Shown: positions 25,706 through 36,416 of the stretch, piece by piece
Position numbering within the stretch: position 1 is the first letter of the stretch
Layout: each line of letters starts with the position of its first letter
Assembly (NCBI GenBank): GCA_964564925.1
Contig: CAZMBY010000001.1
Coordinates: 37,929 to 101,928 of the forward strand
From: an uncultured Methanosarcinales archaeon
GTDB taxonomy: Archaea > Nanobdellota > Nanobdellia > Woesearchaeales > GW2011-AR4
Length of the DNA stretch: 64,000 nt
Direction of reading: 5' to 3'
Notes under the pieces: generated by a model
What the model was told of the DNA's origin: nothing
The model's database searches: none
Seen by the model: only the letters and a program-made list of their open reading frames with translations
Made by a program: the position numbers and the translations under genes

Positions 25706-26113
25706 GTGGCGTATTTAGTCATAGTCAGCGTAACAACTGTGATATTCGGGATTGCATCGCTTTTGCTGATTTCAAAAGCAAGAAGCAGGCTAAGTGACGG
25801 GTCTATAAGGAGGTATTTGGATAATTTTGCCATATGCCTTGCATTTATGGTGATCTTTTCTGTATGGCAAAGTGCCAGAAATATTTTTGTTGACGGTGCA
25901 GCTGTCAGGGAGCATTCCCAGTATTTAACATACCCCGAGTACATATTTATCGTATTTGCCTATATAGCATTCATCATAGCATCATTCAGGGTAATCAAGA
26001 TAAGCCAGGAATTTGGATTCAAAGAAGATGGCAAGAGAATAGGCCATTTAATAGAAGAAAAAAGGGCTGTTAAAAAAATCGAAATCAAGAAGCGCATGGC
26101 TAAGAAAAAATAG
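25706..26113 (+). CDS. Small three-TM membrane protein (sensor-like)
   Basis: Three hydrophobic helices, EFGF motif, basic tail; GGAGGTGA RBS. Confidence 0.6.
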   Translation: MAYLVIVSVTTVIFGIASLLLISKARSRLSDGSIRRYLDNFAICLAFMVIFSVWQSARNIFVDGAAVREHSQYLTYPEYIFIVFAYIAFIIASFRVIKISQEFGFKEDGKRIGHLIEEKRAVKKIEIKKRMAKKK

Positions 26114-26160
26114 GAATAGCCAAGCTTAAGAAAATCGCAATTGACTGGTATTCTAATAAA

Positions 26161-26571
26161 ATGGCGCATAAATCCCAAATTAGCGTAGAATACATGCTTG
26201 TTATAGGTTTCGCAACGCTGATGTCAATACCTTTGCTCATAATCTATTATACATATTACGCCGAGACAAATGATAGTGTGGCAGCTGGCCAAGCATTGCA
26301 GATAGCTAGAAAGGTGATTGATGCATCTGAATCGGTGTATTATCTTGGAAAGCCATCGCAAACAACTTTAAAGCTGAATTTTCCAAGCAATATCTTTTCA
26401 ACAAACCTGTCAAATAAAGAGGTTGTCTTCAAAATCAATACAAGAAATGGGGTGACTGACATTGTGCAGGTCTCTTCTGTGAATATGAGCGGAAGCCTGC
26501 CTAAAAGCCAAGGTGTCCATATTCTCACACTAAAAGCTGAAGACGGTTATGTTCAAATAACATCAAACTAA
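26161..26571 (+). CDS. Type IV pilin-like protein (class III signal peptide)
   Basis: KS/QISVE followed by hydrophobic helix (Q+1, E+5). Confidence 0.85.
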   Translation: MAHKSQISVEYMLVIGFATLMSIPLLIIYYTYYAETNDSVAAGQALQIARKVIDASESVYYLGKPSQTTLKLNFPSNIFSTNLSNKEVVFKINTRNGVTDIVQVSSVNMSGSLPKSQGVHILTLKAEDGYVQITSN

Positions 26572-26578
26572 AAAAGAG

Positions 26579-26965
26579 GTGGCATTCATCAAGGCGCAAA
26601 TCAGTGCTGAATTTTCCATATTTATAGCTTTAGGCCTGCTGATTGCGATAGCATTCGAAATAGCTTCTTTAAATCAGTTAAATGCTTATCGGCTGCAGAA
26701 GGAAAATGAAGCGGTGAGGGATCTTGCGCTAAAGCTGCAAAAAGAGCTGCTTATAGCCGCTTCTGTCGAGGACGGCTACGTAAGGGTCTTTGAAGTGCCT
26801 GACAACCTTGATACAATAAACTATTCTATAACTACTCAAAACTCAACTCTTTTTGTCCAGTCAAAAAACGGTTTTCATTTTGTGGCAATCCCGAAAATAG
26901 TCGGCAATGTCACCAAAGGCACTAACCTGATAAACAAGACGGAGGGAGTGATTTATGTCAACTGA
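26579..26965 (+). CDS. Type IV pilin-like protein
   Basis: KA/QISAEF followed by hydrophobic helix. Confidence 0.85.
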   Translation: MAFIKAQISAEFSIFIALGLLIAIAFEIASLNQLNAYRLQKENEAVRDLALKLQKELLIAASVEDGYVRVFEVPDNLDTINYSITTQNSTLFVQSKNGFHFVAIPKIVGNVTKGTNLINKTEGVIYVN

Positions 26966-27042
26966 TATTCTATGCAAAAAAGAGTTATTTTCAAATGGAA
27001 GAGCAGCAGTTGGAAATTGTTTAGTACACAAAGAGGTGTTAT

Positions 27043-28218
27043 ATGAATTCTAGGGCGCAAGCTTCTTACCTGGATTTTGCAATAGGCATGCTGCTTTTCA
27101 TAATCACATTAGTTGTTTACTACAGCTATACAAATAACATTCAGAAGGAAGAAAAAGATGTGCTAGATGTTATGCTTACCGAAGCTCAATCAATCTCCTC
27201 CTCATTGCTGCTGAGCGGATACCCGGAAGATTGGGACAACAATACTGTTGTGAGAATTGGAGTAGCCGATGATCAAAGGTTAAATGCAGGCAAGCTAAGG
27301 AGCTTCAAGAGATTAAATTATACCAGAACAAAACAAAGCTTTGGAACTCCTTATGAATACTTCGCCTATTTCGTCGGAAAAGATAATGCAGTACTTAACA
27401 TAAATGGAATTTGTGGTGTAGGCCACCCGCTTGTGAATTTGACTTATAAAACAAAAAGTGCATATTATTACCAGGACCCTTCAGATTCCTTCCTCAAGGA
27501 CTTCATGATCAATTCATTTAAGGCTGATTTGTATTTTGACGAAGACCCCGACGATACATATGATATAGATGGGCTGGCAAGCAATCTTACCAAATATGAC
27601 TTGGTTGTCATGGAACACCCAAAGCTGCAGCCATCTAAACTCGACCAGAATTACAGGGAGTTCAACAATTATACTGCAAGGGGTGGCAATTTAATAATAG
27701 GGGGCCTGTTAGTGGATGCTGCCTCTGGATTGGATCTTAATGGGATTACTTTTGACAAAAAAACCGGGCAGTCAGAGCCACAAAGAATAGCCGTTGTGAA
27801 CAACACTGATGTATTATTAGGCTTAGAAATAAATCAGACCATGACTTTCAACCAGTACTACTTTGTCTACAATGACACACCGCCAGTAATTGTTACCGAC
27901 CAAAGCGATGACGACTACAATCCAGTGCCTGCTGATAATTACGAGATATTAGCCGCATACAACAAAACACCAGAGGACGAGGCAATTGCAAAATGGCAGT
28001 ATGGCAATGGAACAGTGTATTTTTTCAGCGATTTCGACGTGATAAATTTTGACAGCAACTTCATAGAAATAATTGAAGATGTTGCTAAAGGCTTGGCTGG
28101 CGGCAACTGCATCTCTATAAATCTAACCGGGATTAATGTAAAGAACCTTGTGAAGACCGAGCGGTACTTGATATACGGGTCCGATATAGTCAAGATGGTG
28201 GTGTATGTATGGCAGTGA
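27043..28218 (+). CDS. Minor pilin-like protein with inserted globular domain
   Basis: RA/QASYLDF; SGYPEDW..IG motif; C-terminal LVKTERY..VYVW. Confidence 0.75.
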   Translation: MNSRAQASYLDFAIGMLLFIITLVVYYSYTNNIQKEEKDVLDVMLTEAQSISSSLLLSGYPEDWDNNTVVRIGVADDQRLNAGKLRSFKRLNYTRTKQSFGTPYEYFAYFVGKDNAVLNINGICGVGHPLVNLTYKTKSAYYYQDPSDSFLKDFMINSFKADLYFDEDPDDTYDIDGLASNLTKYDLVVMEHPKLQPSKLDQNYREFNNYTARGGNLIIGGLLVDAASGLDLNGITFDKKTGQSEPQRIAVVNNTDVLLGLEINQTMTFNQYYFVYNDTPPVIVTDQSDDDYNPVPADNYEILAAYNKTPEDEAIAKWQYGNGTVYFFSDFDVINFDSNFIEIIEDVAKGLAGGNCISINLTGINVKNLVKTERYLIYGSDIVKMVVYVWQ

Positions 28219-31200
28219 AGAAAGGCATTTTTTTCACAATCGACAGCCTGCTTGCATCAGGAATTGTGATACTGACAGTTCTTCTTGTTTCAACATTTTA
28301 CATAAATGAGCATAAGAAAGTAAATGTAAGCTATGCCTCGCAGGATTTGGTCAGGGTTTTTTCCACTCTTAAAATAGGCGAGGTTGACAATGAGTATGTT
28401 GCGAGCCTTATTTCTTCAGGCGAGATTACAAATGTCAACTACACAATAATTGAGCAGATTGGCGACTTTTGGGCGCAAGACAGGATGGATTTGGCTCAAA
28501 AAATTGCGATTAATTTGACTCATGACTTGATCCCTGCAGCTTATGGGTTCAGCCTGCTTATTGACGAGGAGGAGATATATAGCAGAAATGTGCAATTAAG
28601 AAAAGCACTTGTTTCGTCAAGAAAGCTTGTGACAGGCATAACAAAGGCCCAGCCTACAGACGGATTCAGCGCAAGAGTGCTGCTCCAGGGAATCAAAAGC
28701 AAAAAAACAAATGCTTATGTTTACTTTGGCGGCTATGAGGGGGACGGAAATTTAACAAAAAAACTGACTCTTCCTAATGATGTAACTTCATTCGAAAGCG
28801 CGTATCTTGAAGTCGATGCTGGCGGAAATTTTACCTTGTATATTAATGGATTCGAATCTGGCGATTTCGTCAAGGGTTCAGCTGGCGGGGGGAGCCTATT
28901 GGCTGATAAGTGGAACTTAACAAGTAAAAATCTTACATTCTTCAAAGCAGGAGAAAACACTGTCACTTTAAATTTCACCTCAGACCAAAGTTATATTGCA
29001 GGAGGATTTCTTAAAGTGAAGTATGAAACTTCTTCGTTCAATGGGACTGAGGTGCCGGGATATGAAAAAAATTTGTTGCCGGGAATTGATGGGCTGATCA
29101 ATCTTTACTCTTCTGTTTATTTTCCAAGCAATTTAACTAACATGAGTGTGTACCTTCATTTTAAAAGCTCCAATCCTCTTTATTTGACGATAGGAAACAG
29201 CACAGTATTTGAGTATGGAGGATCTAACCAGATAGTGGAATTTACTCTGAATAGCAGTAATTTGTCAGAATCCATGAAAAGCAGCGCTTTGAGCTACGAT
29301 TTCCTAAAAGGAAAAACTGTCCCATTCAGGCTTGGATTGAGTAGCGGAATTCTTGCAGTTGGGGGGGCTGATTCCATACTGATCACAGACAGAACAAATA
29401 GCATGAGCAAATGCGATGTGCCTGCCAGCTGCTCGTTGTCAGGTTTATGCGACACAAACCCCAATGGGGGGTGCCACATGAGAAGAATTGATGCCGCTGC
29501 TGATAGTGACAGAAAATATATTGAAATTATGCTGAACGAAACAAAAAAAAACAATAAAGTCGGATTGGTGGGATTTGGCTTTGACACAAACCCTGTCTGT
29601 GACATTCGGGACTTTAGCCAAGACAACAGCTCATTAGCCAACTGGACAACATACTACAAGAGAAATGCCTGGTGCGGGAACACCTGCATCTCATGCGGCG
29701 TTTATTCCGCAACACAGATGTTGACAGAAAACGAGAAATTACATGGGTTTAATAAGATCACATTCAATGAGCCAAAGGAGTATAAGCTTGGAGTGAGCAA
29801 TTTCAATTCTGTCACAGTTTATGTCAATACAACATTCAATCCAAGCAATATTGTAAAAGCAAGGCTGTCAATTTTTGGCGATAAAGTTGATGTGGATAGC
29901 GGCCGCCAGGATTGCATATACTTCAATAATCGCTATATTGGGAGAATGTGTGAAACGAAAGGCGTAAAGCTAAGCTACCATACATGCCAGTATGTGATTA
30001 AGCCGGAATGGTTCAATACAGACGATTTGAGTAAAAACAACATAACAGTTACTGCCGGCACCAACTCAAACTGCTTTGGAGGGGCTGGAACAGAGGACAA
30101 TTGGAATTTAACTGATATAACCTTGATTGCATGGGAAGCTGATGAACCCCCAAGCATAATTTTCAATTCGACTTATGATAATGCCCAATATGCAGACGGC
30201 ATAGAGCTCAGCAAGACGCAAATAACAAATTCAACAACTTTCAACATAAGTAACGTGGTCTACATTGAAGAAAACAAAACTAAAATCAAGTCAGCCTGGT
30301 TAGAATTTGAGGCTGCAAATGGGAGCCTTGATAATTTCAATTGCGTGTACGTTAATGGGAATTTTATCGGAAGAGTTGATGCCCAGGAATGGAATTCGAC
30401 AAACAACAACAAATGGCAAAAGGTGATGTTTGATGTTCCAGATATTTTCCTGCGAAACGGCACAAATGAAGTAAACTTGACAAGCGGCACGTCTCAAAAC
30501 TGCAAGGGTTCAACTGGTAATACCCATGACAAGTGGCGCTTTAGGAATTTGAGCCTGACAGTTTTATGGTCAGATGCCAATTCAAAATATAACAGGCACA
30601 AGTCAATGCTCGTCATGAGCGATGGCATAGCAACCGAGGTGCTAGACAGAAGAAACGCCCAATATGCTGAAGCAAGGGATGAAGTTGTTGACAAGGCTTG
30701 CGAAGCACATAACCTCTTCAATATATCAATTTATACTGTAGCAATGGGTGATGCCGCTGACGCTCCAACACAGATGATGCAGGACGCTGCATGCTGTGAT
30801 AATTGCTCACATTATTATCGAGCAGAATCGCTTGATGAATTGCTAAATGTCTATGGGGAGATTGCAGCACTGTTGTCGAATGTAGCTTTTGAAGAAGGCT
30901 CTCAAACAGCGTTCTCCGGCTCCTTTTTTGAAAGGACGTCGTTGTTCCCGGACTCGTTCATCGATTTCAATTACACCTTGCCGGATTTTGAATTCAATAG
31001 GCTGCCTTTGGTTTTCGAAACAAACAGGTTCGGCAACGACATATCTTCCGGGCCATTAACAATATACCAAAACACCACATTTTCTGAAGGCAAGGTAACT
31101 TCTTATTCCAGTTCAATGTGGACTGACAAAGTGCTTGTGAACGGGACTTTAACATTCGATCTGGGAATATATGGGAATTACTCATCAAATGATCCAACAA

Positions 31201-31694
31201 TGACGAAGGTCTATAGAAACATCGGGGATCCGTTCACAGTGAATATACCTGCCAGTATGATTGATGAAGGAATTTATAATATTACTGTAAGCACAGGGAC
31301 AAACTCCTCAAACCCAACAAATGGCTCAGCGGATAACATGGTAATATACACGTTGCTCTTAAACACATTCACAGACTACAGCCCGGTTGTTGCAGAATCC
31401 GATGGCTGCTCCTGGACTGTGGAATTTCAGGATGGCACGTCATCATTAATCGACATTCCATTGGGCTATAACGGGCCCGATACCTGCAGCTTTACTGCAG
31501 CATTGAAAAAATACAGCTCGAATGATTCTGTGGAAACTGTGGTATTTCAGCTGTTCAAGAACCTCGACATAGACAAGGACGGCAGGCTTGACGTGAACAT
31601 TGACGCAAGCAGTCTGGAGGTCAACACCCTGACCATTTCAAAAGTGCCGTCTTTATGGGGACCTGCTGTTGTTGAAATCAGCGTATGGGAGTGA
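28209..31694 (+). CDS. Large pilin-like tip adhesin with vWA domain
   Basis: KKG/IFFTID leader; ILITDRTNSM (MIDAS-like), VGLVGF, MLVMSDG, IYTVAMG; ends WGP..EISVW. Confidence 0.8.
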   Translation: MAVKKGIFFTIDSLLASGIVILTVLLVSTFYINEHKKVNVSYASQDLVRVFSTLKIGEVDNEYVASLISSGEITNVNYTIIEQIGDFWAQDRMDLAQKIAINLTHDLIPAAYGFSLLIDEEEIYSRNVQLRKALVSSRKLVTGITKAQPTDGFSARVLLQGIKSKKTNAYVYFGGYEGDGNLTKKLTLPNDVTSFESAYLEVDAGGNFTLYINGFESGDFVKGSAGGGSLLADKWNLTSKNLTFFKAGENTVTLNFTSDQSYIAGGFLKVKYETSSFNGTEVPGYEKNLLPGIDGLINLYSSVYFPSNLTNMSVYLHFKSSNPLYLTIGNSTVFEYGGSNQIVEFTLNSSNLSESMKSSALSYDFLKGKTVPFRLGLSSGILAVGGADSILITDRTNSMSKCDVPASCSLSGLCDTNPNGGCHMRRIDAAADSDRKYIEIMLNETKKNNKVGLVGFGFDTNPVCDIRDFSQDNSSLANWTTYYKRNAWCGNTCISCGVYSATQMLTENEKLHGFNKITFNEPKEYKLGVSNFNSVTVYVNTTFNPSNIVKARLSIFGDKVDVDSGRQDCIYFNNRYIGRMCETKGVKLSYHTCQYVIKPEWFNTDDLSKNNITVTAGTNSNCFGGAGTEDNWNLTDITLIAWEADEPPSIIFNSTYDNAQYADGIELSKTQITNSTTFNISNVVYIEENKTKIKSAWLEFEAANGSLDNFNCVYVNGNFIGRVDAQEWNSTNNNKWQKVMFDVPDIFLRNGTNEVNLTSGTSQNCKGSTGNTHDKWRFRNLSLTVLWSDANSKYNRHKSMLVMSDGIATEVLDRRNAQYAEARDEVVDKACEAHNLFNISIYTVAMGDAADAPTQMMQDAACCDNCSHYYRAESLDELLNVYGEIAALLSNVAFEEGSQTAFSGSFFERTSLFPDSFIDFNYTLPDFEFNRLPLVFETNRFGNDISSGPLTIYQNTTFSEGKVTSYSSSMWTDKVLVNGTLTFDLGIYGNYSSNDPTMTKVYRNIGDPFTVNIPASMIDEGIYNITVSTGTNSSNPTNGSADNMVIYTLLLNTFTDYSPVVAESDGCSWTVEFQDGTSSLIDIPLGYNGPDTCSFTAALKKYSSNDSVETVVFQLFKNLDIDKDGRLDVNIDASSLEVNTLTISKVPSLWGPAVVEISVWE

Positions 31695-31719
31695 AGGTAT
31701 AATGGAGTGAATATTTAGA

Positions 31720-32646
31720 ATGAACAAGAAAGCAATAATCTATACTGCTGCCGCAATAGCGCTGACCATTGTAATTGTTTTGACATACAGCTCTTATACT
31801 TCCTTCAGGTTAAATGAGAGAATGAGCCCTATACAGACAAGGATCGAGACAGTCAATTTCTTCATCAAGGATGTTGAAAACGATTTGGGAAAGGGAATTT
31901 TCATTGCCGGATTCAGGACGTTGCTCAGTCTCAACCAATTCATCGCCACAAATGGGACATTTATTGATGACGTAAATGAAAGGTTCAAAGAAGCCTTTCT
32001 CAACGGCACTATCAAAAATATTTCGTTCAGCTTAATGCAGGACTCCACTTTTACCGATTGGGCTGACAAGATTTCAGCTCAGGCAGATAAGGTTGATGTG
32101 ACATTTAATTATTCAATAAATGATATAAAATTGAACCAGAGTAGTCCGTGGTCTGTAGAGATTGGAGTCAATATAACTTTGGAGATAAGTGACAAGCGAA
32201 ATACAAGCTATTGGGTTAGGGACAGATTCCTGATTACAAAAATAAGCATAATAGACTTTGAAGATCCGCTTTATATAGTACATAGCGGTGGAAGAGTTAC
32301 AAATACCATAAGAATTTCAAATATCACAAAGTTTGTGGTTAACGGGGATGTTGAAAACCTTCTTGTGCATACTAATGAGTCATTTTATATTGTCCACAAC
32401 GACAGCCCAAGCTTCTTGATGAGATTGGAAGGCGAAATAGGGAATTCAAGTGCCGGCATAGAAAGCCTTGTTAACTTAGATGAATTTATCGGACAAGGCC
32501 TGCCAGTCAAGGACAGGAGCATAGTAGACTCCATATATTTTGGAACACAAAGTACGGTTAATTACAGGATTAACAAAACACCCGAATGGTTCAAAATTGA
32601 CCAGGACCATCTTGATATTTACCAGGTGACAAATATCACCATCTAA
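31720..32646 (+). CDS. Minor pilin-like protein
   Basis: KKA/IIYT leader plus hydrophobic helix; FEDPLY, PSFLMRLEG and GIESLV motifs. Confidence 0.7.
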   Translation: MNKKAIIYTAAAIALTIVIVLTYSSYTSFRLNERMSPIQTRIETVNFFIKDVENDLGKGIFIAGFRTLLSLNQFIATNGTFIDDVNERFKEAFLNGTIKNISFSLMQDSTFTDWADKISAQADKVDVTFNYSINDIKLNQSSPWSVEIGVNITLEISDKRNTSYWVRDRFLITKISIIDFEDPLYIVHSGGRVTNTIRISNITKFVVNGDVENLLVHTNESFYIVHNDSPSFLMRLEGEIGNSSAGIESLVNLDEFIGQGLPVKDRSIVDSIYFGTQSTVNYRINKTPEWFKIDQDHLDIYQVTNITI

Positions 32647-32689
32647 AAACATAAGATTTTTATATGCATAAACAAAAAATTTTAACAAA

Positions 32690-33835
32690 ATGGAAATTGA
32701 AAGCAGCATAATAGAGACCGGTGTTGACAAGCTGGTAAGTTTGGTTAAAGTAAGAGGCAAAATAGCCCTGTCAGATGCTGCGAAAGAACTTGGAGTCAGC
32801 ACAACTGTAGTCCAGGAATGGGTCGATTTTCTCGAAGATGAGGGGATTATAAGCGTTGAGTACAAACTAACAAAGCCCTTCCTTGTAGAAAGGAAACTTA
32901 CTAAAAAAGAGGTTGATGCGAAGGCAAAGGAGTTTATAGGCAAAAAAGATGTTTTTGTTAGGAAAGCTGAAGTGAACCTTAGCTTTCTTGAAAAACAGGC
33001 AGACGAGCTAAGGAAAGTGAAAGAGGAATTTGAGAAATTAAAAAAAGACCTTGGCTTGGATCTTGGAACTCTAAAAGATGAGTTAAATGAGATTGAAAGG
33101 TATCAGCAGTTAAAGGAGGAAGTGCAAAAACAGGCGGAAGAGCAAAAGAAAGAGGCCCAATTGAGGATAGTCCAACTGGCAAAAGAGATTGAAAGAGAGC
33201 AAAAGAAATATCAGGAGTTTGTATCTGAAGTCAATATCGAAAGAGAACAATTGCTCAAAGAAAAGAAAGAAGCAGTTTCCATAGAGGAAAGCGAAGAAGC
33301 ATTAAACGCCAGATTGATTGAACTGAAAGACATGGTGGGCAAGCTGGAAAAAAAGCTTTCAGATGAAGGTGTCGCAGTAAAAAATTCAGAAGCGCATATA
33401 CAGAGGCTAAACCTCCTTATGGAAGAGGTAAAGCAACGCGTTGCAGAGGAAAAGGGGATAGTCGAGCCTTTAATAGAAAAAAATAAGGAGCAGGAACGAA
33501 AAATACTTGACCTTCAGGATCAAGTCCTGAAGAAGATAAGTGAAAATGAAAAAAGAGCGTCAAATGCCAAGGATCTGACAAAGAGATTTAAAGTTATTTT
33601 TGAGAAAAGAGTGGGTGCATTGGATTTGATTTACAAAGTGAACAAAGACCGTGATGAATTGGAAAAAAACCTTATGGAATTGATAAGGAAAGCCAAGTCT
33701 TTTCAGCTGACCATGAAAAAAGGAGATGTAAGCAAGGAAATGATTGAGCTGGAGAAAAAATTCAGCGAAGTTAACCAAAAAAAGAGCATTTTTGAAGAGG
33801 AGCTTAAGAAGCTAACATCATTTTTTAGGATGTAA
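32690..33835 (+). CDS. Winged-HTH plus long coiled-coil protein in the pilus locus
   Basis: IETGVDKLV..LSDAAKELGVS..VQEW..LEDEG, then about 300 aa of E/K-rich heptads. Confidence 0.75.
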   Translation: MEIESSIIETGVDKLVSLVKVRGKIALSDAAKELGVSTTVVQEWVDFLEDEGIISVEYKLTKPFLVERKLTKKEVDAKAKEFIGKKDVFVRKAEVNLSFLEKQADELRKVKEEFEKLKKDLGLDLGTLKDELNEIERYQQLKEEVQKQAEEQKKEAQLRIVQLAKEIEREQKKYQEFVSEVNIEREQLLKEKKEAVSIEESEEALNARLIELKDMVGKLEKKLSDEGVAVKNSEAHIQRLNLLMEEVKQRVAEEKGIVEPLIEKNKEQERKILDLQDQVLKKISENEKRASNAKDLTKRFKVIFEKRVGALDLIYKVNKDRDELEKNLMELIRKAKSFQLTMKKGDVSKEMIELEKKFSEVNQKKSIFEEELKKLTSFFRM

Positions 33836-33861
33836 ATTATTTATCAAAAGAGGTGTAGATT

Positions 33862-35541
33862 TTGTTTAAAAAATTCAGCTTGAATAGAAGTAAAGAGGAC
33901 AAAAAGATAACAACGGCTAAAGAGGAGCATATAAATGAGGAAAGCAAACCTCATGTAAAGGGTCAAGCAGTAAAATTAACGGGCCTGCCTCCAATTGAAA
34001 TAAAGCCGAAGGCTATTGAAAAAAAGCATGCGGATAAACAAGCACTTCATGCCAAGAAAGAAGATGCCAACTTGCTTGCAACATACAACTTTGTATCGGA
34101 CAACATACCCATCATCATCAATATTTACAAAAAAAAAGGCGAATTTGTCCCCATATATGAAGTTTCAATATCAAGCATAAGCAAAAATACTGAGATTATT
34201 CTTGAAAAGATCAGGGAAGAATTGACCACCCAAGTGAGTTTAGGCATGGTCGACATTCTTGCAACAAAGGACACAGGGATCGTTGAGCAGAGGTTCATGG
34301 AGGCAATAACCCTGTTGGTCAACAAGCATTTCCCAGATGCTGACGACCAAACGGTGAATTTCCTCAAATCTTACGTGATACAAAGGAGCCTTGGGCTGGG
34401 CAGCGTGGAAATTCTCATGGATGACAACAACCTTGAGGAGATAGCCATAAATAACGCAGACGAGCCGGTATGGGTCTATCACATCAAATTCGGCTGGCTT
34501 AAGACAAGTGTTATGCTGCAAAGTGAGGACCAGATAAGGCATTACGCCACGATGATTGGAAGAAGGGTAGGGAGGCAGATAACAATACTTGAGCCTTTGA
34601 TGGATGCCCATCTCAGGGGGGGCGATAGGGTGAATGCAACGCTTGAGCCGATTTCTGTCCAAGGAAATACAATTACTTTAAGAAAATTCGCAGCCAAGCC
34701 CTGGACGATTACTGACTTCATAAAAAGCAATGCAATCTCATCAGAAGCTGCTGCGCTAATATGGCTGGGGGTGCAATTCGAACTCTCAGCATTAATATCC
34801 GGCGGAACAGCGACTGGAAAAACCTCTATGCTGAATGTTGTCGCAAATTTCTTTCCCCCTAACCAAAGGATCATAAGCATAGAGGATACACGGGAGATAC
34901 AGCTCCCAAAATTCCTGCATTGGCTCCCAATGGTAACAAGGCTTCCAAATCCGGAAGGCAAAGGCGAGGTTTCAATGCTTGACTTGCTGGTTAACTCTTT
35001 AAGGATGAGGCCTGACAGGATTATAGTTGGGGAAATAAGAAGGAAAAGGGAAGCAGAGGTGCTTTTTGAAGCCATCCATACTGGCCATTCAGTTTATGCA
35101 ACTGTCCACGCAAATGACACTCAGGAGACGATAACCAGGCTGTCAAACCCGCCAATAGAGATTCCAAAAACAATGCTGCCTGCTATATCGATGATTGTTG
35201 TGCAGTATAGAAACAGAAGAACAGGCGTAAGAAAAACATTCCAAATAGCTGAAATTTTACCTGATTCCGAGCCTAATGTGCTTTTGCAATTGGATATAAG
35301 GCAAGGTGTTTTAAAAAAAATTGCAGAATCAAAAGCTTTGCTAGGCACAATTGAAATGTTCACAGGCTTTACAAGAAACGAATTGAAGGGCTCTTTGCAG
35401 GAGAAAGAGGATATTTTGAAATGGCTTGCAAAGAACAGCATTAACACTGTGGACACTGTAGGAAGAGTAATGGCTGAGTATTACACAAATAAGGACAATC
35501 TAATGAAATACGTCAAAAGCAACAGGATATTGGGCGACTAA
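33862..35541 (+). CDS. Type IV pilus assembly ATPase (VirB11/CpaF/TadA family)
   Basis: GGTATGKT, SIEDTRE, LRMRPDRIIVGEIR, HTGH; GAGGTG RBS. Confidence 0.95.
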   Translation: MFKKFSLNRSKEDKKITTAKEEHINEESKPHVKGQAVKLTGLPPIEIKPKAIEKKHADKQALHAKKEDANLLATYNFVSDNIPIIINIYKKKGEFVPIYEVSISSISKNTEIILEKIREELTTQVSLGMVDILATKDTGIVEQRFMEAITLLVNKHFPDADDQTVNFLKSYVIQRSLGLGSVEILMDDNNLEEIAINNADEPVWVYHIKFGWLKTSVMLQSEDQIRHYATMIGRRVGRQITILEPLMDAHLRGGDRVNATLEPISVQGNTITLRKFAAKPWTITDFIKSNAISSEAAALIWLGVQFELSALISGGTATGKTSMLNVVANFFPPNQRIISIEDTREIQLPKFLHWLPMVTRLPNPEGKGEVSMLDLLVNSLRMRPDRIIVGEIRRKREAEVLFEAIHTGHSVYATVHANDTQETITRLSNPPIEIPKTMLPAISMIVVQYRNRRTGVRKTFQIAEILPDSEPNVLLQLDIRQGVLKKIAESKALLGTIEMFTGFTRNELKGSLQEKEDILKWLAKNSINTVDTVGRVMAEYYTNKDNLMKYVKSNRILGD

Positions 35542-35542
35542 A

Positions 35543-36370
35543 ATGAGGACTGACATATTCAAGACTCTGTTCCAGCGGGTTTCAAAGTCATTTCCAAACC
35601 TTAGGCTGAAGCTGAAGCAGGCTGGCATGGATGACAAGCCAGATTTGTTTATCAAGAAAACTTTTGTCACGTCATTCTATATGACAACAGGGGTCGTTGT
35701 TTCGTTATTTCTGGTGCTCGCTAAATTGGACGTCCTAAAGGGAGTGATATTCCTGATTATACCTGTTATTTTTGTTGTGATGCTTTTTTATCTTATGAGG
35801 CTCCCGGATGCAAAAATATCAAGGAAAGAAAGGGAGATAAGCAAGGAAATTGTCTTTGCAGGAAGGTTCATCATAATAGAGCTGGAGTCCGGCGTGCCTC
35901 TCTATAATGCAATGGTCAATGTTTCAAAAAACTATGAGATTATAGGGAAATACTTCAAGGAGATAACAGACAAAGTCGACCTTGGAACAAGCATTGAGGA
36001 TGCATTGAATGAAGCGGTAGAGTTCATCCCCTCAAATGACTTCAGAAAAATACTTTGGCAAATCATAAACTCGATAAGGACAGGCTCCAATGTTGCAAAG
36101 GCGCTTTACTCTGTGATGGAGCAAATCACAAAAGACCAGATAACAGAGGTCAACAGGTACGGTAAAAAGCTGAACCCGTTAGCGATGTTCTATATGATAG
36201 TGGCAGTTATTTTGCCGTCCTTGGGAATGACAATGCTGATAATACTGTCTTCTTTCATACAATTTGAGCTAAGCCTCACCATTTTGATTGCGCTTGCAGG
36301 CTTTTTGGGATTTGTGCAGTTCATGTTCATATCATTGGTTAAGTTCTCAAGGCCTGCCATTGAGTTTTAA
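35543..36370 (+). CDS. Type II secretion system F-family (TadB/C-like) platform protein
   Basis: LESGVPLYNAM, GTSIEDAL; C-terminal TM helices; follows the ATPase. Confidence 0.88.
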   Translation: MRTDIFKTLFQRVSKSFPNLRLKLKQAGMDDKPDLFIKKTFVTSFYMTTGVVVSLFLVLAKLDVLKGVIFLIIPVIFVVMLFYLMRLPDAKISRKEREISKEIVFAGRFIIIELESGVPLYNAMVNVSKNYEIIGKYFKEITDKVDLGTSIEDALNEAVEFIPSNDFRKILWQIINSIRTGSNVAKALYSVMEQITKDQITEVNRYGKKLNPLAMFYMIVAVILPSLGMTMLIILSSFIQFELSLTILIALAGFLGFVQFMFISLVKFSRPAIEF

Positions 36371-36416
36371 CTTGCATGCGAGTTTTTCTCGCGTGCCACA
36401 GCTTCCATTAAGCACA

